Assembly (NCBI GenBank): GCA_963691875.1
Contig: OY829846.1
Location: forward strand, 3,488,001-3,552,000
Source of the DNA: Aureliella sp.
Lineage (GTDB): Bacteria > Planctomycetota > Planctomycetia > Pirellulales > Pirellulaceae
Length of the DNA: 64,000 nt
Direction of reading: 5' to 3'
The translations under genes were made by a program, and so were the position numbers. Shown piece by piece: positions 50,643-60,839 of this stretch (positions are counted from its first letter, which is position 1; each line of letters starts with the position of its first letter). Under the pieces are notes generated by a model. The model ran no database searches. It was not told the origin of the DNA and saw only the letters and a list, made by a program, of their open reading frames with translations.

Positions 50643-51401
50643 ATGTCACAGTCCAATCCCGTCGCGGAGTTTGTAGCTGAGCTTCGTGAATCAGTTCCAG
50701 TTGCCGCATCGACCGACGCAGGGCCAGAAGGCGATTCTCTGATTGGCGTATTTCAAGCATTTCGTCCTGACGGGCTGCCCGAGTTTGCAATGCTAGAGTC
50801 CGTTCCCGGCGGCTCCGAATTTCGCGCCAGAATACAATGTGTTTATGATGCAGTTGGAACGGGGCAGCGAAGCGACAACATGAAAGATGCGTTCTTTGTG
50901 GTGCGACATCCACCTCAACTGCAAAGTAACGATGCTCAGAAGACCGCGACAGATTTTGTGAAAGGAGCTCTGGAACTCGCTCTGCAGACGGGAGTTGAAA
51001 ACACCTTCGAACTTCCAGAGATCCGTATTCTAGAGGGCAAGCCGCCCAAGCACCCCAAGAATCCAAATGAGAAGTCCAAGCTTCTACATCTCTTCGAATC
51101 CGAGCTGCCCGCTCAAATCGATGCACTCTTTGCACCTGGAAGCCTAGGAAACGAATTATCCGAAGCACTCTACTTCGTCGCCTGCGACCGTTGGCTTAGG
51201 GACTTCCTTCGCTGGCCCATGCTGCAACCAAACAAAAACGACTTGAATACTTCCAACAGCCATTGCGTCGACAGCTACTTCCAGCTGTGGCGACACGGCG
51301 TCAAGTTCCGCATTTTCAGCAATAATCGAATCGACTTTTATTTACCCGTCCGCGCCGACGGCAGCCTCATCAACGCTGGTGCTTTTGCTGGTGGCGCTTA
51401 A
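50643..51401 (+). CDS. Hypothetical protein
   Basis: 252-aa ORF with globular composition; no family recognised. Confidence 0.7.
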   Translation: MSQSNPVAEFVAELRESVPVAASTDAGPEGDSLIGVFQAFRPDGLPEFAMLESVPGGSEFRARIQCVYDAVGTGQRSDNMKDAFFVVRHPPQLQSNDAQKTATDFVKGALELALQTGVENTFELPEIRILEGKPPKHPKNPNEKSKLLHLFESELPAQIDALFAPGSLGNELSEALYFVACDRWLRDFLRWPMLQPNKNDLNTSNSHCVDSYFQLWRHGVKFRIFSNNRIDFYLPVRADGSLINAGAFAGGA

Positions 51402-52162
51402 CACCAGGCAATTAAACGTGCCAAGGACAAAGATTCTAAACTCCCAACTCTTTCGCTACGGTTTGGCATTTCCGCACGATCTTAACCTCCGTCTGCCATG
51501 TGAAAAGTCCACGTAGCGATTCGGCATCGCCTCAGAACCTACTTGGACGTTTCCCAGACACCTCGCAGAGCTGACACGAACGCAGGTCTACCGGCGCAGA
51601 GTGCAATCTCGATCGTCATCGGAGCGTTAGCTCGGCAGATTCGTATGCATCGGGAGCTGGGCGCTTTGGCGAACGCTTCACCACGCGAAGGCTCGCACTG
51701 GCCTGCCCCGCAGTCGTAATCTCATAGTCGTAGCCAAGATCGTCAATCTCTTAGACCAAATCACCGCCGGGCTTGAGTCCTTCTTTGACGGCGTGCTCGA
51801 TAGGATCAAGATACGAGTTCCGAATTGCATCCGCCAACTGAGCGTTGCAGAATAACAGAACAAAAAAGACAGGATATGCAATGCGAGCGTTTCATGGCCA
51901 GGATTGAGCAAGGAAGCGAAGCAAGCCATGCAGTTGGCAACAAACTGCCCCGCAAAAGATCAACCGAACGCATCGGTTTTAAGCACTACCATCCCCAAGC
52001 AGTGATTTCGGAGCACGATAAGGCGAATCCGCAGAGCAAGCGCGAAGATGCAGGAGTAGCGGGGTAAGGAAAAGGGTAGGCTATGCCTAGGGACTCGTAA
52101 CCTGTCCACTACGGCGCAGTGTCGAGGAGCGGCGCCGTACCGTCGCTGCGCTCGATAGCGAC

Positions 52163-52816
52163 CTACAAGTAGTCGACTCGGCGGTCGGTGACTTGCACGC
52201 GGCCGCAAGCAATGGCTTGGACGACTTCGGGAAGCAACTGGCATTCGAGTTCAAACACACGTTTCTGTAGATCTTCGGCAGAGTCGCTTGAGAGCACTTC
52301 GCAGGATCGCTGCGCAATGATCGGGCCGTGATCATACTGATTATCAACAAAGTGCACGGTACAGCCTGAGATCTTGGCGCCGTAGTCAACTGCAGCTTGG
52401 TGAACCCTTAGGCCATAGAAGCCCTGGCCGCTGAAAGCTGGAATCAGCGAAGGGTGAATATTAACGACACGGTTTTCGAAGTCATCTGGGATGAGCAGGT
52501 GCTCGAGATAACCGCCCATGACGACTAACTCAACACCTTGCTCACGAATTGCTGCAAAAACGGCTTGGCTGTGCTCTTCCGCACTGGCAAAGTCGCGTTT
52601 GCGATGGACTACGTTCGTGATAGCCGCTTCGTTGGCGAACGCAAGTCCCTGTGCCCCTACGCGGCTGCTAACGACGAGCCGGAAATCAACGTCCAGCTCG
52701 CCGCGCGAATGAAAACTCAGCAAGTTTTTGAGCGTCGTGCCGCCGCCGGAAATCAATACAGCAATCGGCAGCTTCTCCTCTGGCGGACAGTTCTCGGTTG
52801 TATCTCCGGCACTCAT
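52163..52816 (-). CDS. purN: Phosphoribosylglycinamide formyltransferase
   Basis: 'VLISGGGT', 'NIHPSLIP', '[16 protein letters not shown]'; ATGA overlap with the ileS stop. Confidence 0.96.
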   Translation of the reverse strand: MSAGDTTENCPPEEKLPIAVLISGGGTTLKNLLSFHSRGELDVDFRLVVSSRVGAQGLAFANEAAITNVVHRKRDFASAEEHSQAVFAAIREQGVELVVMGGYLEHLLIPDDFENRVVNIHPSLIPAFSGQGFYGLRVHQAAVDYGAKISGCTVHFVDNQYDHGPIIAQRSCEVLSSDSAEDLQKRVFELECQLLPEVVQAIACGRVQVTDRRVDYL

Positions 52817-55800
52817 TGGCTCACCACTTCGATGCCAAGCTTGAGCGGCTTGCCTGCGATTTCATATTCTTGCCTGGTCACGGCCGCTGGAGGATCGACG
52901 TTTAGCCGAAGTTCAACGCCGAGCGTTTCACCCAGGATGTATTCCTTGTTTTCCTCGATCGCGGTCAACAGCTCCGCATTATCCGCTTGGAGGTAGACGT
53001 GGATACGATCGGTGAACTGTAAATCTTCTTGCTTGCGCGTGTCCTGTATGAAACGAACGAGGTCTCGGGCGTATCCTTCTCGGATCAGCTCGGGCGTCAA
53101 GTCTGTCGAAAGCACTACGACGCTGTGTCGCCCCTGTGATGCCGTCCAACCAGACTTGGCTTGCAATCGAACTTCAATGTCTTCGCTGTCCAGCGAGATC
53201 TCGTTTCCATCCAGGTTAAGCTGAATCATACCGCTGGATTGAAGCTCGCCCAAGAGAGTAGCTCCGTCAGCCGCCCCCAACGCTTTCTTCAGTGCAGGGA
53301 TTTGCTTGCCAACCTTCGGCCCCAGTTTCTTGAAGTTCGGCAGCACTTGGTATTCGATAAACGGGCTGTTGCCAGAGACGTACCTGATCTCCTTCACATT
53401 CAGCTCTTGGCGTATGATTTCATCGTGTTGCTTCAACCATTCGACATGCGTGTCATCGGCCAAACATACCTCGACACTCGCCAACGGCTGACGAACTTTC
53501 AATTTGGCATCCATCCGAGCGCTTCGGCCCGATGACGCGATCTCTTGTAGCACGCTCATCCGCTCACTAAGCGTCGTATCAAGGCGTGACTTTTCCCCTA
53601 GCGGATAATCGCAAAGGTGAACACTTTCTCGCACCTTGCCAGCAACGGTCTCGGTCAAGGAATTCCAAATCGCCTCGGCTAAAAATGGCACGAATGGAGC
53701 GACCATCTTCGACAGTTCGACGAGCACTTCGTAGAGTGTCCAGTATGCGTCTGCCTTGTCCTCGCTTTCCGCCGCAGAGGCTTCGCCCCAGTAGCGATCG
53801 CGACAACGACGGACGTACCAATTGCTTAGGGCGTCGACCAATGCTGTGATCGCTTGGCAGGCTGGGTAATTGCTGTAGCTATCCATGCACTCGACGACAG
53901 TCGCGTTGGCCTGAGCTAGTTCACCTAAAATCCAGCGATCGAGCTCGCCTCGTTGCTCAACCGGTCGGTAAGTCTTCGCCTGAGCCAGCTCAGATGCGGA
54001 AAGCTGATCTAGCTCGCCGTCGATCTCCGCAGGGCCTGCGAACGAATCTATTTCCGCGTAAATAGTAAAGAAGCTCAACACATTCCACATGCGAAGCATG
54101 AACTCAGGAATGCTGTCTCGGATCGCTCGCTCGGAGTAGATGATCGAGCTCCACGGCGGCTGATTCGCAAAGAAATACCAACGCAGCGCATCAGCACCGT
54201 GGTTGTCAAAGATCTCTTGAGGGCTTCGGTAATTGCGAAGGCTCTTTGACATCTTGCCCGTCTTGGCTACGTAGGCCTTGCCTTCTGCTTCTTTCGCATC
54301 TTCCTCGGTCAGGTGAATCGCCTTGCGACCGTTCTCCTGTGGCTTCTTTGACTCCCACCATTCGGCCAGCATCAGACCAAGTACGATGCAGTTGCGATAT
54401 GGATGCGGGTACTCCTCTTGCCCGCTGAAGAGCATCGTGCTGATGGCGAGTTGGCTGTAGAACCAACCACGAGTTTGGTCGATGGCTTCGCTAATGAAAT
54501 CAGCCGGAAACTCGGCTTTGAAGCGCTCCTCGCCTTGATGCGGATAACCCCACTGCGCAAAAGGCATTGCACCGGAGTCGTACCAGCAGTCGATGACTTC
54601 CGGCACCCGCTGCATGCGAGCACCTTCCGCGAAAGGAGAATCATAGGTGACCGCATCGATGTAAGGCTTGTGAACCTTTAGGTCTTCGCTCAGCTCTGGA
54701 TTCTCTGCCTTGGCCTTCTCCCACATCTCGGTGCCAGTGCGACCTGGCTTGGCGAGCAACTCGTCATAGCAGCCAACTGCCTCACGCTTGCCTGTCTTTT
54801 CGCATTCCCACACTGGGAGTGGTGTGCCCCAGTAGCGTTCGCGGGAGAGTGCCCAATCCACGTTGCTTTCTAAGAAGTTGCCGAAGCGGCCATCGCGAAT
54901 GTTCTCGGGAAGCCAGCCGATCTGCGCGTTGTTGGCGAGCATCTTGTCTTTGAACTGCGTCGTCCGGATGAACCAGCTCTCGCGCGGATATTGGATCAGA
55001 GGGTCTTGTTCGGCTCTCCAGCAAAACGGGTAATCGTGCAAGTATTGATCGTGCAGCAAAAGCAACCCAGCTTCTTTGATGCTGCGAGCGATTTCCTTAT
55101 CCGCATCCTTTACCCATACACCTTCTTGGTCCGGATAGTCGGAAGTGAACTTACCGTCGGGGCCGACCGCACACAGAAGTCCGGGCACTGGTCCGTCATG
55201 ATCGAAACGTTTCAGTTCCTCGACTAGCAACTCATAGTCGGCCTCACCAAAGGCTGGCGCGGTGTGTACAAGGCCAGTACCGCTATCGAGCGTGACAAAG
55301 TCACCTGGAACGACTCGCCAATAAAGCGCTTCTTCCGTTCCATCCTTGAGCTTTCCAGTGGCATCGGCATACTTGGCGTAGTAGGTCTCGGTCGGTGGGC
55401 GATATCGTTTACCGATCAGCTCACTGCCCTTGACGGTCTTCTCAACCGTCCATTCGCGTTTCGCCTTCTCGGAGATCGTCTGCACGAGCGCTTCGGCGAC
55501 AATTAGCCTTTCGCCACTTTCGGCATCAAGGCAGATGGAGTAGTCGATGTCGTGGTGAACAGCGGTGTACGTGTTACTTGGGAGCGTCCACGGAGTGGTG
55601 GTCCACACGACTAGCGATGTATTTTCCTCATCGAACAGCGGGAACTTGACGTAAACACTCGGATCGGCAACTTCGCGATAACCTTGCCCGACCTCTCCGC
55701 TCGAAAGCGCTGTTCCGCCTTGGGCCCACCACCAAACAATCTTGTGACCGCGATAAAGCAGGCCTTCGTCGAAGAGTTTCTTTAGCGACCACCAAACGCT

Positions 55801-56271
55801 TTCGACGTAACTTTGATGATAAGTTACGTAGGCTTCGCTCAGGTCGATCCAGAATCCAATACGCTCGGTCAGTCGTTCCCACTCTTGCATGTAACGCCAG
55901 ACGCTTTGCTGGCACTTTTGGATGAAGGGCTCGATGCCGAACTTTTCAATCTCGTCCTTACCGTGGATTCCGAGCTCTTTGCAGACTTCGACTTCGACGG
56001 GCAAGCCGTGGGTGTCCCAGCCAGCTTTGCGTTCGCAGCGATATCCACGCATCGTCTTATAGCGAGGGAAAAGATCCTTGATTGCGCGGGTCAAGCAGTG
56101 CCCTGGGTGCGGCATCCCATTGGCGGTCGGCGGACCTTCATAGAAGACAAAAGGCTGCGCCCCGGCACGTTGCTGAAGGCTCTTGGCATAAATTTCTCTC
56201 TGCTTCCAGAAGTCTAGGATTTCTTCCTCTTGCTTCGGAAAACGAACTTGGGTGCTGACTGCTTTGAACAT
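52813..56271 (-). CDS. ileS: Isoleucine-tRNA ligase, type 2
   Basis: '[16 protein letters not shown]', 'GWDTHGLP', 'WTTTPWTLP', '[15 protein letters not shown]', 'DQTRGWFY', 'KMSKS'; no C-terminal Zn finger. ATG at 56271 is preferred. Confidence 0.96.
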   Translation of the reverse strand: MFKAVSTQVRFPKQEEEILDFWKQREIYAKSLQQRAGAQPFVFYEGPPTANGMPHPGHCLTRAIKDLFPRYKTMRGYRCERKAGWDTHGLPVEVEVCKELGIHGKDEIEKFGIEPFIQKCQQSVWRYMQEWERLTERIGFWIDLSEAYVTYHQSYVESVWWSLKKLFDEGLLYRGHKIVWWWAQGGTALSSGEVGQGYREVADPSVYVKFPLFDEENTSLVVWTTTPWTLPSNTYTAVHHDIDYSICLDAESGERLIVAEALVQTISEKAKREWTVEKTVKGSELIGKRYRPPTETYYAKYADATGKLKDGTEEALYWRVVPGDFVTLDSGTGLVHTAPAFGEADYELLVEELKRFDHDGPVPGLLCAVGPDGKFTSDYPDQEGVWVKDADKEIARSIKEAGLLLLHDQYLHDYPFCWRAEQDPLIQYPRESWFIRTTQFKDKMLANNAQIGWLPENIRDGRFGNFLESNVDWALSRERYWGTPLPVWECEKTGKREAVGCYDELLAKPGRTGTEMWEKAKAENPELSEDLKVHKPYIDAVTYDSPFAEGARMQRVPEVIDCWYDSGAMPFAQWGYPHQGEERFKAEFPADFISEAIDQTRGWFYSQLAISTMLFSGQEEYPHPYRNCIVLGLMLAEWWESKKPQENGRKAIHLTEEDAKEAEGKAYVAKTGKMSKSLRNYRSPQEIFDNHGADALRWYFFANQPPWSSIIYSERAIRDSIPEFMLRMWNVLSFFTIYAEIDSFAGPAEIDGELDQLSASELAQAKTYRPVEQRGELDRWILGELAQANATVVECMDSYSNYPACQAITALVDALSNWYVRRCRDRYWGEASAAESEDKADAYWTLYEVLVELSKMVAPFVPFLAEAIWNSLTETVAGKVRESVHLCDYPLGEKSRLDTTLSERMSVLQEIASSGRSARMDAKLKVRQPLASVEVCLADDTHVEWLKQHDEIIRQELNVKEIRYVSGNSPFIEYQVLPNFKKLGPKVGKQIPALKKALGAADGATLLGELQSSGMIQLNLDGNEISLDSEDIEVRLQAKSGWTASQGRHSVVVLSTDLTPELIREGYARDLVRFIQDTRKQEDLQFTDRIHVYLQADNAELLTAIEENKEYILGETLGVELRLNVDPPAAVTRQEYEIAGKPLKLGIEVVSQ

Positions 56272-56427
56272 AGTGTTGTCTGGGAGACGAGTCGGTTTCT
56301 GTTGGGGCTGGTAAGCTGGCCACATCCTCAGTTGACGCAGCAACTGTGAACAGCATGCGTTTCATGTCTTGCGTTTCGGTTTTTTTTTATGACCCGAGGT
56401 GTTCGTCCTGAAGCTGCGTTTCTTCAA

Positions 56428-56530
56428 ACTCACCCTCCCGACTTGCGGGAGGGTCGGACGTAATGCGGCCGGCGAGGGCTGGATCGGCCCCTCTCCGCTG
56501 GCATTATTCGCGACTTTACCCAAGGAGAGT
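56428..56530. repeat. GC-rich palindromic interspersed element (CCCTCCC/GGGAGGG type)
   Basis: Hairpin ACCCTCCCG-ACTTG-CGGGAGGGT, then GAGGG..CCCTCTCC and an eroded terminal hairpin; intergenic. Confidence 0.6.
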
Positions 56531-56680
56531 CAGCTACATTCGAAATCGAAGCTCAGTATCACGGCTCACTCGATGGGAAGATTTTCGCCGGATGTGCCCA
56601 GTTATCAAAGCCCACTTGCTGTTTTGCCTGGATCGTAGATTGCATAAGATTTGATTCTCCTATTCGCAAAGAGGGCAGCT

Positions 56681-57763
56681 ATGGCTTACGACGAAGATTT
56701 CACCCAGTTTCCTCAGGCTCGTGGCGAGGATGTCAAGGAACGGCCACAACCCGCAGATGATCCTGCAGAAGGCACTAGTTCAGGGCATTTGGACCTGCTG
56801 GACATGATGCGGACCACTATCGAGCGGCTGGAAAAGGATGAAACTTCGCGTGGTGACCTCAAAATCCTGCAGCGATCGCTCAAAGAGCTGCGTTATGCGT
56901 TCAAAGTCTTCCAACCGTATCGCCGAAGACGCAAAGTGACCGTGTTTGGTTCAGCGCGGACCAAACCGGAAGAACCGCCCTACCAACAGGCAGTCGAGTT
57001 TGGCCAAGCGATGTCGAAGCAGGGCTGGATGACGATCACTGGGGCTGGAGGCGGGATCATGGAAGCAGGCCATGTCGGAGCTGGTAAAGAACTGTCCATG
57101 GGCCTCAATATCCACCTGCCCTTTGAGCAAAGCTCCAATCACATCATCGAAGGTGACCCCAAGCTGGTCACCATGAAGTACTTCTTTACTCGGAAGCTGA
57201 TGTTCGTCAAAGAATGCAGTGCCGTGGTTTCACTGCCAGGCGGCTTTGGCACGCTCGACGAAACAGCTGAAACGCTGACTCTCGTGCAAACTGGCAAGCA
57301 GACGATGATTCCGATCGTGCTGCTCGATGCACCTGGAGGCGACTACTGGAAGCACTTCGGCGACTTCGTTGAGAAAACTCTGCTGCGAGATGGCGTGATC
57401 AGCCCTGAAGACCTCGCGCTCTACAAGATTGTCGATAGCGTCGAAGCTGCCGTAGAAGAAGTACTCGGGTTCTATCGTGTCTATCACAGCATGCGTTACG
57501 TTAACGACACATTGGTGCTACGGATCAATCAAGAGCTGACCGAGCAACAGATTGAAAAACTCAACGAAGAATTTTCAGGGATTTTGGTGGCAGGCAAAAT
57601 CGAACAAGGCGAAGCACTGCCTCAGGAAGCCAACGAACCAGAGCTGGCTGATATGCCTCGCATCAAGCTTCGCTTTGACCGTAAACAGCTGGGCCGCCTA
57701 AGGATGCTCATCGATGCCATCAACGACACTTGCCCCATCTGCGAGGTATCGCCTTCGTCGTAA
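56681..57763 (+). CDS. LOG family nucleotide monophosphate nucleosidase
   Basis: 'VTVFGSAR', 'ITGAGGGIMEA', 'LPFEQ', 'YFFTRK', 'PGGFGTLDE'. Confidence 0.92.
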   Translation: MAYDEDFTQFPQARGEDVKERPQPADDPAEGTSSGHLDLLDMMRTTIERLEKDETSRGDLKILQRSLKELRYAFKVFQPYRRRRKVTVFGSARTKPEEPPYQQAVEFGQAMSKQGWMTITGAGGGIMEAGHVGAGKELSMGLNIHLPFEQSSNHIIEGDPKLVTMKYFFTRKLMFVKECSAVVSLPGGFGTLDETAETLTLVQTGKQTMIPIVLLDAPGGDYWKHFGDFVEKTLLRDGVISPEDLALYKIVDSVEAAVEEVLGFYRVYHSMRYVNDTLVLRINQELTEQQIEKLNEEFSGILVAGKIEQGEALPQEANEPELADMPRIKLRFDRKQLGRLRMLIDAINDTCPICEVSPSS

Positions 57764-57770
57764 GAGCCTC

Positions 57771-57795
57771 GTAGCGGAACTCGTCAAAAGTTTCG
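57771..57795. repeat. GTAG-headed REP-like unit
   Basis: GTAGCGGAACTCGTCAAAAGTTTCG: GTAG tetranucleotide followed by an imperfect hairpin CGGAACT/AGTTTCG. Confidence 0.55.
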
Positions 57796-57816
57796 GCCGG
57801 GCCGCCCGAAATGGAG

Positions 57817-57887
57817 AACATCACAAAGCACACGAAGTAAAACGGTATGCGACTTTAAGCTTTGTGCTCTTCGCGTCCTTTGTGGTT
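57817..57887. repeat. Degenerate inverted-repeat element of CACRAAR-like units
   Basis: AACATCACAAAGCACACGAAG ... CTTTGTGCTCTTCGCGTCCTTTGTGGTT; arms built of short tandem units. Confidence 0.45.
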
Positions 57888-58020
57888 TCTTTTCGCTGGT
57901 TGCGAATGCCGTCATTACCATGCCACATGAATGCAGGACGACGAGCGCTCGTTGTCGGCTCTGCGCATATGTGCAGGTTGATTGACAAGCTAGAAACGCT
58001 AGAGGCTTATCCCGCTTGGA

Positions 58021-59952
58021 TCAGCCGTCAGTAAGCGTCTCGAGCACAGTGTCGAATGGGACGGCAGAGCAGCACCCATAGAGCGGTTCGCGTGAAAGGC
58101 GGGCACGAATCGATTTGGGAGAGGAAAGACCGCAGAGGAATCGAGCTTGCTGTAAAACTTCGGATAACTCCACAGGCTTTTTCTTTTGTAAAGCACGCAA
58201 TCCAGTCAGGGCAGAATCGCCGACTCGCGGTACGCGCATTTCTGGCAACTTGGTGATAGCTTCACCGCAGCAGAAGCTACAACTCTCGCATTTAGTTTCA
58301 ATCTTTTGCCCAAAATGCTCAGACAACATCGCTGACTGGCAGCGATTAGCGCACATCAGCTTGAACAACTCGTTTAGTCGCGAAAGCTCACCGATCTGTC
58401 GATCGGTTACGTAGTCATGTAAGTGATCCGTCATCGAGTCAATATCGGTGATAGGCCTCAACTTGCGATAGCCGTGAACTAGCCCCGATGCCTTCAGTTC
58501 AATCCAGCCTTTTTCAGCGAAGTAATCGAGCATCTTCACGATGCGAGTCCGATCACACTTCAAGCGATCGGCAGCTTGTGCCAGGTTGATCTCGAACCAG
58601 ATCTTCTTTTTGACCGTCAGCGAAAGCACGTTGGAGGCAAACACGCGGCGCTCGCCTTCGAAGTGCTTGAGAATCTCCGTAGTATTAATCCGTGGCTTAT
58701 ATTGATAAGCGTCGTAACGCGGCGAAGTGGCTTGCAGCCAGCCTTCAAGCTCCAAGTTCGTCATCAGTGTTCGCACTACCGAATCACGAATGTCTGCTTC
58801 GCAAGCAAGCGAATAGTAGCTGACGAAGAAGTTTTCAGGCTGACCGACGAGAAACTCGACGAAACGCCGCAGCGCTTTCTCGCTAGGCATATCGCCGTAG
58901 GCAAAATTGTCGAGCACGACTCGATCTTCCGGAACGAGCAATGTTTCGCAAACGGAGTCTTCACCATCTCGGCCCGCCCGCCCAATTTCCTGTGCGTAGT
59001 TCTCGATCGATTTCGAAGCGTTGTAGTGATAAATCGCTCGAATGTCGGATTTGTCGATGCCCATCCCAAAAGCAATCGTAGCAACGACGATGGCGTCGGA
59101 TGACTGCATAAACCAATCCTGAATCTCGTCACGCTCTTCTGGTCTGAGCCCCGCGTGATAAGCTCGCGCCGGAAGATCATTTTGCTGCAGGTAGTCGGCG
59201 ACCACCTCCGCCGTTTTTTGCAGCGTTACGTAGACTAGAGTTGTCTGTGCTGGTGCTTCTTGCAGACGCGAAAGCAAGGTGCGATCACGCTCCCTCGCCG
59301 AGCACAGAGTGAAACGAAGTGCGAGATTGGGACGAAAGAAAGGCGTCTGAATCGCGTCTTCCTTTGCGATAGAGAACTGACCACAGATGTCATCCAGAAC
59401 TTGCGGTGTTGCCGTCGCGGTCAGTGCCAAGATTCGTTCGGCCTCTAAATCTGCGGCAAGTTTCGCGAGTTTCAAATAGTCGGGACGAAAGTTGTGCCCC
59501 CACTGACTAATACAATGAGCTTCATCGATAGCGAACAAGGAAATAGGAACACCCTTGATAAACTCTCGAAATCGCTCGTTAAAGAAGCGTTCTGGCGCTA
59601 CGTATAGAAGCTTGATTTCACAGCTTCGGATCCCATCCATCAGCCCCCGCGACTCGTCAGCTGAAAGAGTCGAATCCAGTCTTCCTGCCTTGATGCCTCG
59701 GCTATTGAGGAAATCGACTTGTTCTCGCATTAATGCGAGCAATGGCGAAACCACCAGTGTCAGACCCTCGAGCAACGTCGCAGGCAGCTGATAACACAAC
59801 GACTTGCCACCGCCCGTTGGAAAAATCGCCGCCGCTGAACGCCCCTGAAAAAGCCGCTTAAGCACGGGCACTTGGCCCGATCGGAACTGGTCCAATCCAA
59901 ACTGTTCCCGCAGACACTCTTCTAATTGTTGCTCTGTTACATCCATAGTCAC
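58021..59952 (-). CDS. recQ: RecQ family DNA helicase
   Basis: 'PTGGGKSLCYQLP', 'YVAPER', 'DEAHCISQWGHNFRPDY', 'ATIAFGMGIDK', 'QEIGRAGRDG', Zn site 'C..CESCSFC'. Confidence 0.95.
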   Translation of the reverse strand: MTMDVTEQQLEECLREQFGLDQFRSGQVPVLKRLFQGRSAAAIFPTGGGKSLCYQLPATLLEGLTLVVSPLLALMREQVDFLNSRGIKAGRLDSTLSADESRGLMDGIRSCEIKLLYVAPERFFNERFREFIKGVPISLFAIDEAHCISQWGHNFRPDYLKLAKLAADLEAERILALTATATPQVLDDICGQFSIAKEDAIQTPFFRPNLALRFTLCSARERDRTLLSRLQEAPAQTTLVYVTLQKTAEVVADYLQQNDLPARAYHAGLRPEERDEIQDWFMQSSDAIVVATIAFGMGIDKSDIRAIYHYNASKSIENYAQEIGRAGRDGEDSVCETLLVPEDRVVLDNFAYGDMPSEKALRRFVEFLVGQPENFFVSYYSLACEADIRDSVVRTLMTNLELEGWLQATSPRYDAYQYKPRINTTEILKHFEGERRVFASNVLSLTVKKKIWFEINLAQAADRLKCDRTRIVKMLDYFAEKGWIELKASGLVHGYRKLRPITDIDSMTDHLHDYVTDRQIGELSRLNELFKLMCANRCQSAMLSEHFGQKIETKCESCSFCCGEAITKLPEMRVPRVGDSALTGLRALQKKKPVELSEVLQQARFLCGLSSPKSIRARLSREPLYGCCSAVPFDTVLETLTDG

Positions 59953-60020
59953 AAACTACCTGTTTCCTCTCAATCCTGCTAGCCGCGAAGAAAGGGCGAA
60001 TCATTGTTTCGCAACAGTGG

Positions 60021-60091
60021 AGTGAGCCGAACGGCCTCGCGTTGGGAGGTTCCTGGGAAACGCTGGCCCGCGGCTGACGCCGGCGGCTCGC
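60021..60091. repeat. REP-like element, AGTGAGCCGAACG...CGGCTCGC family, copy 2
   Basis: Same ends as 20790-20859. Confidence 0.6.
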
Positions 60092-60305
60092 TGACTTACC
60101 CTGACCGCAGAGAACCACACTCCTACACCCAACATTAGAGACGTCGATGGAACTGATGACTTACAAGTAATTTGTCTTTTCTTCATTCCTGGCGCTGCCG
60201 CATGAACTAAGACGTAGTTCCTCTGAGCATTGTCGAATCGAATCCTGGAATAGGCGCATAGATGGAAGCAATAGTTCAATTGGTTGTAGCATTGTTGCCG
60301 CATTT

Positions 60306-60794
60306 GTGGCGATGGCTGTTGCGACCCTTGCACTAATTGCACAGCTTGTCTTGCTTCTGATTTCGTTGCTGTTCGTGCTGTTGACGGAGGGGCTTGACGC
60401 AGCAGGAAAGCACTATTGGGACAAGGCTACGAAAGAACCCGCGACTCAGAAACCAGGCAAGACTCAAGAGGAATCCACAACGAAGCAGCTCAACCCCAGG
60501 GCGTTTATGATCTTCGGCGGCGGCGTCATTGGGCTTCTGGTGGACTGCGGATTCTGGCTTCAGCATTACTGGGAAAAGAAGAAGATCAAAGTTACCAACA
60601 GTCTGCTTGCCAAAATAGCGATTCAGTTGGAGAACGGCATAGAAGATCCCGAAACGCAGAATCCCGTCGCAGGTCCCCTCGCTGAACGCGAGGCGTGTCA
60701 GCGCCCTCTCGAGTACTTTGTTGATGAAACCCTAACCGGCACTCTCCTGGTAATTAGCGAGAATGGGCCTGGGGTGCAGCCCGGGAGAAGATGA
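60306..60794 (+). CDS. Hypothetical membrane protein with degenerate GspG/pseudopilin-like C-terminal motif (possibly eroding)
   Basis: Two hydrophobic segments; 'EACQRPLEY...VISENGPGVQPG' resembles 'DxWGRPxxY...SxGPDGxxG'. Confidence 0.5.
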   Translation: MAMAVATLALIAQLVLLLISLLFVLLTEGLDAAGKHYWDKATKEPATQKPGKTQEESTTKQLNPRAFMIFGGGVIGLLVDCGFWLQHYWEKKKIKVTNSLLAKIAIQLENGIEDPETQNPVAGPLAEREACQRPLEYFVDETLTGTLLVISENGPGVQPGRR

Positions 60795-60839
60795 AAAGAC
60801 TCTCCGCGGTGATGCCGAGTAGCTTCTGTATTGAATTAG

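Noticed and set aside
56380..56388. T9 tract
   Set aside because: No convincing preceding stem and no gene ending there on the plus strand; no evidence of function.
56272..56680. Possible T-box riboswitch upstream of ileS
   Set aside because: No T-box consensus or GC-rich terminator on the minus strand; the hairpins are explained by a repeat element.
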